Positions 1 to 10,228 of a DNA stretch of 56,585 nucleotides are shown piece by piece. The translations under genes were made by a program, and so were the position numbers. Each line of letters starts with the position of its first letter. The first letter of the stretch is position 1. Under the pieces are notes generated by a model. It saw nothing but the letters and a program-made list of their open reading frames with translations. It did no database searches and was not told the origin of the DNA. Origin of the DNA: an uncultured Clostridium sp. (GTDB lineage: Bacteria > Bacillota > Clostridia > TANB77 > CAG-508); contig CAOJHH010000004.1 of assembly GCA_948436025.1 (NCBI GenBank), forward strand, positions 1-56,585, written 5' to 3'.

Positions 1-90
1 CCTCCTTTTAATTTTTATTTTTCCCTATGTTGGTTTTCTCCTTCATGTTCCTTTTATCTAACATAGGTCAATATCAATTTCCTATTTACA

Positions 91-149
91 GGTCGATGTA
101 ATCATCGACCCCTACATTTAATGGGCACGACCGCTTTGCGTGCCCATAC
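91..149 (-). repeat. two GTAG/GTAT-type REP-like hairpins downstream of rpsB
   Basis: minus strand GTAGGGGTCGATGATTACATCGACC and GTATGGGCACGC...CGTGCCC palindromes; related copies elsewhere in the window. Confidence 0.6.
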
Positions 150-154
150 AAATA

Positions 155-946
155 TTATTCTTCTATGTTTTCGGTGGTTTCTTCTGCCTTAGTAACCACT
201 TCTTCCATACTTGTTGATTCTTCATTTTCTACTACTTCTTCAGTTGCAATTGGCTCAAACGCTTCTCCTTGTTTTCCTTCGATTACAGCATTTGCCATTA
301 CGGTTGTAATTAATTTTACAGCACGAATTGCATCATCATTTCCAGGAATAACATAATCAACGTCTTCTGGGTTACAGTTCGTATCGATTAATCCTACTAC
401 TGGAATATTTAATTTTCTTGCTTCTAATATAGCAATTCTTTCTTTTTTAGGGTCTACTACAAAGATAACTCCTGGAAGTTTGTTCATTTCTTTAATTCCA
501 CCTAAGTTTCTTTCTAGTTTTTCCATTTCTTTTTTTAACAAAATAACTTCTTTTTTTGGTAATACTTCAAAAGTTCCGTCTTCTGCCATTGTTTCTAAAT
601 CTTTTAATCTTTGAATTCTTTTTTGAATGGTATCAAAGTTGGTAAGCATTCCACCTAACCATCTTTGGTCAATATAGTACATACCACAAGCTAATGCTGC
701 TTCTTTTACACATTCTTGTGCTTGTTTTTTTGTACCAACAAAAAGAATTTCCTTTCCTTCTTCTGATGCTTCCTTTACAAATTGGTAAGCCTCATCAATT
801 TTCTTTGATGTCTTTTGTAAGTCAATAATATGGATTCCATTTCTAGCTTGGAAAATATATTCCGCCATTCTAGGATCCCATCTTCTTGTTTGGTGTCCAA
901 AATGTACACCTGCTTCTAGTAATTGTTTCATTGCAACTACTGCCAT
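155..946 (-). CDS. rpsB: 30S ribosomal protein S2
   Basis: [28 protein letters not shown] and [11 protein letters not shown] signatures; AGGAGG RBS. Confidence 0.99.
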   Translation of the reverse strand: MAVVAMKQLLEAGVHFGHQTRRWDPRMAEYIFQARNGIHIIDLQKTSKKIDEAYQFVKEASEEGKEILFVGTKKQAQECVKEAALACGMYYIDQRWLGGMLTNFDTIQKRIQRLKDLETMAEDGTFEVLPKKEVILLKKEMEKLERNLGGIKEMNKLPGVIFVVDPKKERIAILEARKLNIPVVGLIDTNCNPEDVDYVIPGNDDAIRAVKLITTVMANAVIEGKQGEAFEPIATEEVVENEESTSMEEVVTKAEETTENIEE

Positions 947-1230
947 TTTTTATTCCTCCTTTAGTTTTTACATCCATAAAGCATCTTCATTTGCACACAC
1001 ACCTTTTTTTAAGGCACTAAAAGCAAACTCACTTTATGTGTATATTTTTAACTTTAGTATTATATCAAAAAAGTATTGCTATTGCAATACTTTTTTAGGA
1101 CTTTTTTCATTTTATTTTTTACTGTCTTTTTGTAAATATATCTTGACATTTATTTATATCTATGATACTATCTTTTTTGGGCATTACCATTGGGAGTTTG
1201 AACTATTTAAAAAAAAGGAGGTGAAGCCCA

Positions 1231-1707
1231 ATGGAAAAAGAAGAAAATATGGCTTATGTGGTAACTATGTTAAAACAAATTAACCAGACCACCACAACAT
1301 TAGCAAAAAAAATTGACGACAATTACCAAAAACTTGATACTAAGATTAATAATCTTGAAGCAAAACTTAATGCTAAGATTAATAATCTTGAAGCAAAACT
1401 TAATGCTAAGATCGATAATCTTGAAGCAAAACTTAATGCTAAGATCGATAATCTTGAAACTAAACTTAATGCTAAAATTGATAATCTTGAAACTAAAGTT
1501 GACGATAATTACCAAAAACTTGATGCTAAGATTGACGATACTTATAGTAAACTTGATGTTAAAATCTTTAGGAATTATCAAGCAATTGAGAGAAACCACA
1601 ACTTAATTCTTTCTCTTAGAAAAGATATTAATGAACTAAGAGAAGATTTAAAAACAGTTTATCATTTAGAACAAGAATCTCGAAAAAAAATCCAACAATT
1701 ATTTTAG
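1231..1707 (+). CDS. hypothetical coiled-coil protein with 11-aa tandem repeats
   Basis: AAGGAGG RBS; KI(N/D)NLE(A/T)KLNA repeats. Confidence 0.8.
   Translation: MEKEENMAYVVTMLKQINQTTTTLAKKIDDNYQKLDTKINNLEAKLNAKINNLEAKLNAKIDNLEAKLNAKIDNLETKLNAKIDNLETKVDDNYQKLDAKIDDTYSKLDVKIFRNYQAIERNHNLILSLRKDINELREDLKTVYHLEQESRKKIQQLF
1342..1500 (+). repeat. 33-bp intragenic tandem repeat (about 5 units)
   Basis: aagattaataatcttgaagcaaaacttaatgct units start at 1342, 1375, 1408, 1441 and 1474. Confidence 0.9.
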
Positions 1708-1823
1708 AAAAAAATTGTTTCCGTATATAAATGACCCGTGTTAGTGGCTTTGCCACTTTCATATAATAACTATTCGTTAAGAAAAGAGATAAACATGACA
1801 TTTTGTTTATCTCTTTTCTTTTT

Positions 1824-2483
1824 CTATTTTTTCTTTTCTTCTTCCTTTTTCTTAGATATTTGTTTTTCATATCCTACTACGGTAAGAACGGTTACTAGCA
1901 TATATACGAATATTCCTACTGGCATAGTATAAATTCCTACTGGAATTCTTGCTATTTCTATTATACTTGCAAGTACTGCTTCTGATACAACGATTCGAAG
2001 TAACAATACTCCAATTACTTTATACACGCCTAAATTTAAGTATCGAATTCCTACATATACGAAAATAAGAATCGTTGCAATGATCATTGGAATAATGTAT
2101 GGTTTTACCATATCACGTATACGATAATGTGGTATGGTTGTTGTTACAATACTATTATCGGTTTCTTCTAATTCATACTTTTCTTTTACTTTTTCTTTAA
2201 AAGTACCTAATTGCTCCTCTGTTAACGAACTTACATGAACACTCAAGGAATCATGAAATGTTTCAATTTCTTGGTAACAAATTTTTTCTTTTGGAAATAC
2301 TTCTTTTGCAATTTGCTTCATATCTTCTAAATTGTAATCTTTTCCAAGATATACATCAATTCTTGTATGCTCTTTATAGTCTAAGGAGAAATTCGTTTTC
2401 CATATACCTGTAACAATCATTCCCAATAGGATGATCATTACTGCTATTAAATAAATTATTTTTCGGTTCTTCATTTTTTCCAT
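1824..2483 (-). CDS. secF: SecF-like protein translocase subunit (divergent)
   Basis: N-terminal TM, NFSLDY motif, YVGIRY, multiple TMs; directly downstream of the secD-like gene. Confidence 0.65.
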   Translation of the reverse strand: MEKMKNRKIIYLIAVMIILLGMIVTGIWKTNFSLDYKEHTRIDVYLGKDYNLEDMKQIAKEVFPKEKICYQEIETFHDSLSVHVSSLTEEQLGTFKEKVKEKYELEETDNSIVTTTIPHYRIRDMVKPYIIPMIIATILIFVYVGIRYLNLGVYKVIGVLLLRIVVSEAVLASIIEIARIPVGIYTMPVGIFVYMLVTVLTVVGYEKQISKKKEEEKKK

Positions 2484-2498
2484 ATTTATTTCTCCTTT

Positions 2499-3857
2499 CT
2501 ATTTTTCTACCTCATCAAATAAAAATTTCATACTCATATAATCATAAATTGCAAGTGCCGTTAAGCCCCAGAATAGGATCATACCAATACTTGCTATTGG
2601 TAGCCATGATACAAAAGTGAATACAATTCCTAATATAAATAGTGGTGTAAAAATACTTGCAAAATGTTTATAGGTTTCTTTTATTATTTCTTCTTTGGTT
2701 TCTTGTGTTTTTTGTAGTTTTCCTAAAATATATTGTAATACGGCATAATTTGCAACAAATATGCTAATTACTGCTACCAATGCCTCAAATGCAATTACTA
2801 CATTGGCATAACGAAGAACAAGTAATACAATCGCCAAAAGCCCTATATACGAAATTGCAGCAAAAAGTCCATTCATTTTATATTTTACAATCCAATAGAT
2901 AAGTCCTATCATAACAGTTACGAAAAGTACCATCATGATTGCTTTTACGATGACCATATTGTCTTTATTGGAGATAAAATTGTTTTCTTCTAATTCATAT
3001 ACAATTGGCATTGCGCCACTATCAATTAACCCTGCTACTCTACTTGCTTGTTCAATATAGGTTGTTATTTGTTCATTGGATGTAGACGCAGTTCCAATGG
3101 ATAATTGTAATATTCCTGTTGAAATGGTTTCACCAAAGTAGGTTTTAATTAGGCTGTCTCCATCTAATTCGATACTAACATTTTTGGTTACCGTATTTCC
3201 CTCTTCATCGGTTGAAGAAATATACATTTTTGTAATATCTTCTAACTTTTGTTTTCCTTCTTTGCTAAATTCCACACTTAAATATACTGCTGTTCCAGAA
3301 CCTGTACTGCCATATACAACGGATGCATGTTTTACCTCTTTGTTATCTAATAATACTTCCTCAGTTTCACTATCCTTTATTTCAAATTTTCCTACATAAG
3401 TAAGGCTAGATAGGGTTTGGTCTGTTTTGGTATCTTCTGGAATTTCGATTAGCATTTCTCCAGTTTGTTCGTTTAAGTTTACTACATATTCGCTAATTCC
3501 CATGCTTTTTAAACGAGTTTCCATGATCTTTTTTGCTTTTCGATAATTACTAATCATTAATACTTCTTCTGCATTTACTGGATTGGTTTCTTTTCGATAT
3601 CCCTCTTTTAGTGAACCATCTTCATTGGTTCCTTCTTCAGTTACTTTCCCTTCTGCATCATATATGGTATCCTCTGTTTTTTCACTAACTTGAAATCTTG
3701 CTACTCTTCCTCCTGTTAAGTTCATTCCCAAACGATACTCTGGCAATATATTTTTCATTTGCCCTTGTTTGTTTGCAAAAATTCCAATAAATGAAATAAG
3801 GCAAATTGCAATAATGCATAATACCATTAAAATTTTTCCTAATTTTCTTGTTTCCAT
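2499..3857 (-). CDS. secD: SecD-like protein translocase subunit
   Basis: LGMNLTGG, RLKSMGISE, large extracytoplasmic domain, SGAMP, C-terminal TMs. Confidence 0.75.
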   Translation of the reverse strand: METRKLGKILMVLCIIAICLISFIGIFANKQGQMKNILPEYRLGMNLTGGRVARFQVSEKTEDTIYDAEGKVTEEGTNEDGSLKEGYRKETNPVNAEEVLMISNYRKAKKIMETRLKSMGISEYVVNLNEQTGEMLIEIPEDTKTDQTLSSLTYVGKFEIKDSETEEVLLDNKEVKHASVVYGSTGSGTAVYLSVEFSKEGKQKLEDITKMYISSTDEEGNTVTKNVSIELDGDSLIKTYFGETISTGILQLSIGTASTSNEQITTYIEQASRVAGLIDSGAMPIVYELEENNFISNKDNMVIVKAIMMVLFVTVMIGLIYWIVKYKMNGLFAAISYIGLLAIVLLVLRYANVVIAFEALVAVISIFVANYAVLQYILGKLQKTQETKEEIIKETYKHFASIFTPLFILGIVFTFVSWLPIASIGMILFWGLTALAIYDYMSMKFLFDEVEK

Positions 3858-3920
3858 GTTTTCTTACATCCTTTCTTTTTAGCACAACATTTGACTTTTT
3901 CAAACTTGCCTTCTCTATTT

Positions 3921-4580
3921 TTATAATAATCTTGTATTATTAATCACAAGCCCAAACCATACATGCAAATATTTGGCTGCATATTTGCTCATCATAGTTC
4001 TGTCCATAAAAATTTCAAAATAATCTAATACTGGACAAATTTCGGTATCAATATTAATATTTAGTGTGATTTTTCTGTCTTCTTTGTCTATATCTAACCT
4101 TGTATGCGTTACGGCATAGTTTACCTTATCGTGCTTTCCAAAGGTTGCAATATTTTTATTGACCACACGGTCTCTATGCACATCGGATTTGTCCGCTAAA
4201 ATAAGGGCTGCGGAAATATCACTCACCGCGGTTCCTGTTTGTTCATCATGGTTTCCAATTGCCATCATAATTTCAATTCGGTCTTTATCTGGCATTCCCA
4301 TATCTTTTAAAATGTTATAAGCTAGTAGCGCTCCTGACTGTGCATGGTCAACACGGTTTACACAGTTTCCAATATCGTGTAAATATCCTGCAATTTTCGC
4401 AAGCTCAATTCGGTCTTTGGGATAATCAAATGTCTCTAAAATATCGGCTGCTCGTTTCGAAACAATGCTTATGTGCCTTACCGAATGTTCCGTATAACCC
4501 AATACATTTAACTGCTTTTGTGTTCCTTCAATTAAGGCTTGTACTTCGTTATTGTTTTTTACATCCTCTAAAGTTATCAT
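3921..4580 (-). CDS. HD-domain phosphohydrolase
   Basis: H...GYLHDIGN...NHD...LILADKSD motifs. Confidence 0.85.
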   Translation of the reverse strand: MITLEDVKNNNEVQALIEGTQKQLNVLGYTEHSVRHISIVSKRAADILETFDYPKDRIELAKIAGYLHDIGNCVNRVDHAQSGALLAYNILKDMGMPDKDRIEIMMAIGNHDEQTGTAVSDISAALILADKSDVHRDRVVNKNIATFGKHDKVNYAVTHTRLDIDKEDRKITLNINIDTEICPVLDYFEIFMDRTMMSKYAAKYLHVWFGLVINNTRLL

Positions 4581-4713
4581 TCCTTACCTCCATTTTTTTC
4601 TTAATGTACCACTTTTTTATTACTTTATGCATAGAAGTATTCTATACCAAAAAAGAACACTTTTCAAGTGTTCTTTAAAGTTTTTTTATTAAACTTTTGT
4701 TAGTATCGTTTCT

Positions 4714-6205
4714 TTAAAAAATAGATAGAATAAGTACTACTAAGATATAGATAACTACCATAATAGCTACCGTTTTTGCTGTTTTTCTTGTTTCTACTTT
4801 TGGATTTTCTATATTCTTTTGGTTTAAGTAATATTTTGCTCGTTTTAGTTTTAGTATCTTTTTTGTGGTTAGGTCCGATAAGCTAGCACTACCTACATAT
4901 TCTTTTGGTAATTGGTTGATATAAATACCATTTGCATAATCAAAGGCTTTTTGGGTAGTAAAATAATCGATTATTTTTACTTCCATGATTCTTTTATTTA
5001 CTAGATTAGTTTGATACCCTTTTTTTGGCTCTTCTATGATTTGTTGTAAACTCTTTTCTTTGTAATAAACCGACACACGTATGGAATTTTTAAAGTACAA
5101 ATACCACACACCAATATATAGGACACTTTTTGCTAATATTTTTATTTCCGAAACACTATATGCCATAAGGTCTTCACTCATATTCATGCTTGCTTGTAGA
5201 ATAAATCGAATTACTGTTAAAATAGTAACTCCCATTAGCATTCCGAAAAATGCTTTTTCTACTCTTTTTATGGTTTCTAGTTTTCTTTTCGTTAGGTGGT
5301 AAGCAATATAAATAAGCCCTATAAATTGTACTAGATTTTGTAGTAGGATAAGTCCTATATTAATTTTATAAGCCGTGGTATAGCCGTGTCAACTGATATT
5401 GCATTAGCATTTGAAAGCTTGTATAAAATAGATTTATACTATTTATGATAAGGGTGATGGTAAATAACACAAGTACTCCTTTAAATTTATCGTACTGTAA
5501 CAGGTTATCAAAACGTTTTGCTATTCTTTCTAATATTGATTTTTTCTCATATTGTGCAAGGTTTATTTTCATTTTGGTTTGTTTTCTAACATACAAAACC
5601 ATAAGAACCACCGCAAAACCAAGCATTCCCCATAAGTATAAATTATTTCTTCCTTGCTTTTCTTCTTTCTCTGAAATTTCCACACTATCAATCATTTGTC
5701 TTACCTTATCGGTATCCACTTGCTTTTCTAAGAAATTAGCGGAAATCACCACTGCTTTTCCCTCGACAATCGTATAATATTCTTCTACTTGTATTTTTCT
5801 TTTTTGTTCTGAAGTTTGTTCAAAAACCGTATCAATAAACAACAAATCCCCTTTTCGATAGGTTTCTTGTTTTAATTTTACTTGATTTTCCTGTTCTTTT
5901 TCCCTATTATATTGTTCTAATACCATATTAACATTTTGTTCATTTAATTCAGCCAAATTGGTAATTCGTTTTGTAAAATCATTTTCTAATTGCACTACAA
6001 TTACTGATTCGTCCTTTTGTTCATTTACAGCATGTAAGAAAATATGGTTTTGTCTATAATACTGTTTTTGGTTTTCATCTTGTGGAGTTTTCATGATGTA
6101 ATCCTGTGGTAAGGTGATTGTTAAATGAAGCTCATTTACCGCTTGTACCATTGTAGTCATCATCAAAAAACACATAATCATACTAACTAAAATTTTCTTT
6201 TTCAT
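4714..6205 (-). CDS. hypothetical membrane protein, about 496 aa, joined by a +1 shift at CGGC (5383-5386)
   Basis: ORFs 5366-6205 and 4714-5241 join as ...QYQLT-[CGGC]-YTTAYKINIGLILL... with no stop; signal peptide and TM segments. Confidence 0.65.
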
Positions 6206-6323
6206 TAATTACTCCTTTTTCTATTTCACATTATATTATACATGCCCTCAATTGTAAAGGCTAAAATTCTTTGTATTTTCTTAAGATATATGGTATAATC
6301 ATCAAAATTGGAGGTCGTATGTT

Positions 6324-7306
6324 ATGAGGTCTTTTTATATTGGTAATTATACTGAACATGGTATTGGCTGTTTTGATGAAAATTTACGCTTTCTTTCTTC
6401 GTGTGAAGATTTTTGTAATCCATCCTACCTTTGTCAAAACAAAGATATGGTATATTGCATTACAGAAACGTTTCCTGCACATCTTGTATGTTATCGTAAT
6501 ATTGGATCTTCTCTTGAATGTATGGAGTCTATTCTAATTGGTTCTGATGGCCCTTGTTTTATTACAATCGATACCTTACGAAATATTTTATATATTGCTT
6601 GTTACACAAACCGGAGCTTTTCTTGCTTTTCGCTTAAAAAAAGATGGAACCATAGGTAAAAAATTATATGAGGAACATTTTGGAAAAAATTCGCATATTC
6701 ATCATGTTTGCCTTTCCCAAAATGGTGATTTTATTTTTATTACCGACCTTGGAAATGATAAACTTTTTGCTTATCAAGTTCACGAAACTTCTTGTGGAAT
6801 TGATTTTTGCAATATCGGCTGTTTTTCTTTTCCGAACCAAACAGAACCTAGGCATATTGCCATAAAGAATAATGATTTATATATTATTACAGAAATTTCT
6901 TGCAAGCTATACCATCTTCGTTTTTTAGAAGACCTTACTTTTGAGTGCATTGAAGTCCATTCCTTACTACCAGAAAACACTAACCTTGGAGATGACTTTA
7001 CTGGATGTGCTATCACCTTATCACAAAATAAAGATTTCCTTTATACCTCCATTCGAGGTCATAATAGTATTAGTGTTTTTTCACTAAAAAACCAAACACC
7101 CGACCTTATTCAAAATGTTTCTTGCCATGGGAATAACCCAAGAGATATTACCATTTGCAAAAACGGCACCTCACTTCTATGTGCAAATTATCTTTCTGAT
7201 TCAGTTTCTTCTTTTGAAATTGACCAAAACACTCGGACTGCTTACTTATAAAAATTCCTTGCATGTCTCTTCGCCTTCTTGTATGTTAGAACATATCCAT
7301 TTTTAG
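6324..7306 (+). CDS. lactonase family (6-phosphogluconolactonase-like) beta-propeller, about 326 aa, with two +1 shifts at CGGA (6612-6615, 7234-7237)
   Basis: YIGNYT, NPSYL, TDLGND, PRH, RGHNSI and GNNPRD motifs spread over three frames and joined at CGGA. Confidence 0.85.
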
Positions 7307-7432
7307 GTCGTAGAGGACAATCATATAAAATATGCTTTTGTATTTTCAAATTGTTTTGTACATTTAGCCATACCTCAAAAAAAGACTAAGAAAGTCAGTA
7401 AAAACTTTTTCCTAGTCTTTTTCTTTACTGTT

Positions 7433-8167
7433 TCATACAATCTGTCCAGAATCTACTATAATGTTTTGACCTGTAATTGCTTTTGTAATATCGGTCAAAG
7501 CAAATACCGCATCTGCTATTTCCTCTTTTGTTGTAAATTTTCCTAATGCCATCATGTCTTTATAACGATAATTGTAAAAATTTGTACCACTTTCTAAGTC
7601 CTCTTTTGTTGGTACTGTTCCTGGTGAAATAACATTTACTCGTATTCCTTCTTTTCCTAGCTCTCTTACAATACCATACATGAATCCAATAATCCCTGCT
7701 TTAGCTGCACTATATACTGGCAAATTAAATGCTTTTATTCCATTTACCGAAGCAATAAAGGTAATGGTTTTATTGTCTAAGTTTTCTTTTTCTAAAAATG
7801 GTAAAAACATTTTTACGATATAGATATGACTATTCAAATTCAAGGCTATTGAACGATTAATATCTTCTAATGTAACCTCATAAATACCATCTTTTTCAGT
7901 TTCAACTGGACAACCAACAGCACTTACTATATGGGTAAGGGAGGAATACTTTTTCCCAAGAATTTCTGCAATTTGGGATAGTTCTTCTGTATTGGTAAGA
8001 TTTACTTTATAATAATCATAATTTTCATTTTGATAAAATTCCTCACAGGAGCTCTTTTCCTTAATATCCAATGCAATAACTCTTTTTCCTTCCTGTAGAT
8101 ACTTTCTTACAATCGCCTGTGCGATATTTCCATCTCCCCCAGTAATTAACACAGTTTCTTTTTCCAT
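7433..8167 (-). CDS. SDR family oxidoreductase
   Basis: TGGDGNIA, YSAAK, IRVNVISPG, ITGQNIIVDSG. Confidence 0.92.
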   Translation of the reverse strand: MEKETVLITGGDGNIAQAIVRKYLQEGKRVIALDIKEKSSCEEFYQNENYDYYKVNLTNTEELSQIAEILGKKYSSLTHIVSAVGCPVETEKDGIYEVTLEDINRSIALNLNSHIYIVKMFLPFLEKENLDNKTITFIASVNGIKAFNLPVYSAAKAGIIGFMYGIVRELGKEGIRVNVISPGTVPTKEDLESGTNFYNYRYKDMMALGKFTTKEEIADAVFALTDITKAITGQNIIVDSGQIV

Positions 8168-8179
8168 TTACATCCCTCT

Positions 8180-9271
8180 TTAATATTCATTATCGTATTT
8201 TCCAATTTCTGCATACATCTTAGCATCTGGTCTTGACATCGATTCACGAATTTCTTTTGGTAAATAGGCACGAATGTCTGCTACAATTTTACAGTAATTT
8301 ACTGCGGTATCGTAATCATCTTCTAGTATCTTTTCAATAATCATGGTTTGGCACTGCTGTGGTGCTGGTACTTTTAGCTTCACACTTAGCTCATAAAACC
8401 ATTTCATCTCTTTTAATACTTCTTTTCTTTCTTCCCTAGTTATAATTTCTGAATCGATAAATTTGTATAACATGTATGACATGTTTTTTGCATATACATA
8501 TCGGTAAAAACGAAGATATCCATTGTTTTTAAAATTTTCATAGATTGCCTGATAAGCTCGGTTTATTCTACTAAAATAATCTCTTGAACAATAAAAAGAT
8601 ACCGAGGTATTTTTCTTGTTTCTGTTTCTTTGCCTATAGCAATACATAATTTCACTAATATAATAAACACGTTCCGACTTCATAAAACAAGAAGTCGTAA
8701 AATAGGCATCTTCTGCTGGCACTCCCTCTAAAAATTTTATTTCATTTTCCTCTACAAACGATTTTCGAAAAATCTTATTGCATGCGGATGAATTTAGTAT
8801 AAAGAAGGATTTTTTATAATCATAAATGCTTAATTTAAAATCTTTATATATTTTTTTATCAAAGATTGGTCTATCCCATCTTGTCCCATCTTGGTCAGTA
8901 TTAATGTAATTAGCCGTAATAAAATCGGCTTGCTTTTCTTCAATTGCCTTATACATTACCTCACAAGCATCTTTGGTGTAAAAGTCGTCACTATCGGCAA
9001 ACATGAGATATTTTCCTTTTGCTTGTTTTATTCCTTCATTTCTTGCTGTACCTGCTATTTTATTATTTTGTTTTAATTCAATTGCCATAAAATTATCATA
9101 TTGATCGGCATATTCTCTCATAATTTTGACACTATTATCTGTCGATAAATCATCTACCATAATTACTTGAATGTCTTGTAAATTCATGGTTTGATTGGTA
9201 ATTGAATTCAATAAATCTCTTAAATATTTTTCTGCATTATAAATTGGTATGATAATTGATATTTTGTACAT
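8180..9271 (-). CDS. glycosyltransferase family 2
   Basis: ISIIIPIYNAE, VDDLSTD, ARNEGI, FADSDD. Confidence 0.93.
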   Translation of the reverse strand: MYKISIIIPIYNAEKYLRDLLNSITNQTMNLQDIQVIMVDDLSTDNSVKIMREYADQYDNFMAIELKQNNKIAGTARNEGIKQAKGKYLMFADSDDFYTKDACEVMYKAIEEKQADFITANYINTDQDGTRWDRPIFDKKIYKDFKLSIYDYKKSFFILNSSACNKIFRKSFVEENEIKFLEGVPAEDAYFTTSCFMKSERVYYISEIMYCYRQRNRNKKNTSVSFYCSRDYFSRINRAYQAIYENFKNNGYLRFYRYVYAKNMSYMLYKFIDSEIITREERKEVLKEMKWFYELSVKLKVPAPQQCQTMIIEKILEDDYDTAVNYCKIVADIRAYLPKEIRESMSRPDAKMYAEIGKYDNEY

Positions 9272-9295
9272 CCTGTTCCTCCTTTTAAACTAGAT

Positions 9296-10165
9296 TTAAA
9301 ATACCGAATCCATTCTTTCATAAATAACGAGTGTTCTTTCTTTCCCTTCTTCACTCAAATATTCTGGATTTGTTATGATTTTTTCTATTTTTTCTTGTGA
9401 TGCAAAAATTGGTTCACATCCATCGGAATAAGCACAAATATATTGAATTTGTTTTAAATCGATTTCATAAGTATCAATATAGTGTTCTGCTTCTATTTGC
9501 CCAGATAATGCCCCAAATGAAATTTCCTTTCCCTCGTATTTCTTTTTAGGATTATTTCGAAATTCTCTTCTTACCATTGCTCGGTCTTGCTTGTTGTTCC
9601 AATCATATGGATTTTCTTTGCAATATATGTTTTGTAAATAATCTTCAAACTGTTTATGATTATTAATTGTTTCAAATTGAATTTTCTTATTTTGATCGAG
9701 TAATGCAATATGACAATCTCCTATGGAAAAAGCATATAGGGTTTCTCCTACAATAATTCCGCCAACCGCTTCTGTACAATAATAATCCTCTTTCAAATAA
9801 TCAATTTTTCTATTTTGGTTAATGTTTCCTATTTTTTTATTTACTTTCTTTACTACTTCTAATATCTTTTCTTTGCTTATTTCATTTTCTTTTAAGTTTG
9901 ATATTTCGTATATAAACTGGTTTGCACAAATGTTAGCTGCTTTGTCTGCTCCACTTGGATTTGGGTAAGAAGCAACCCAGGCTTCGGCTTCTTTTTGGGT
10001 TTCTGGATAACACACTGCCTCGCCATAAATGTTATCTCTTGTAACACCATCCGCTACACAAAAAGCTTGATGTGTTACACAAAAGCTATCTTCTACCACT
10101 GGTTTTAGTTGATATTTCGTAAAAATATGATTGTCATATGTTTTTGAAAATTTTAACATAAACAT
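9296..10165 (-). CDS. PP2C-like phosphatase domain protein
   Basis: EDSF, CVADGV, SIGDC and YSDG motifs. Confidence 0.6.
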   Translation of the reverse strand: MFMLKFSKTYDNHIFTKYQLKPVVEDSFCVTHQAFCVADGVTRDNIYGEAVCYPETQKEAEAWVASYPNPSGADKAANICANQFIYEISNLKENEISKEKILEVVKKVNKKIGNINQNRKIDYLKEDYYCTEAVGGIIVGETLYAFSIGDCHIALLDQNKKIQFETINNHKQFEDYLQNIYCKENPYDWNNKQDRAMVRREFRNNPKKKYEGKEISFGALSGQIEAEHYIDTYEIDLKQIQYICAYSDGCEPIFASQEKIEKIITNPEYLSEEGKERTLVIYERMDSVF

Positions 10166-10228
10166 ATTACTTTCCCTCCTAGTTTATAACTTAGTTAGTA
10201 TACCATATTTTTACAGGTTTCGTCAAAT

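Noticed and set aside
1342-1500. 33-bp repeats as a CRISPR array
   Set aside because: The repeats are contiguous, lack unique spacers and lie in frame in a coding region; no cas genes are present.
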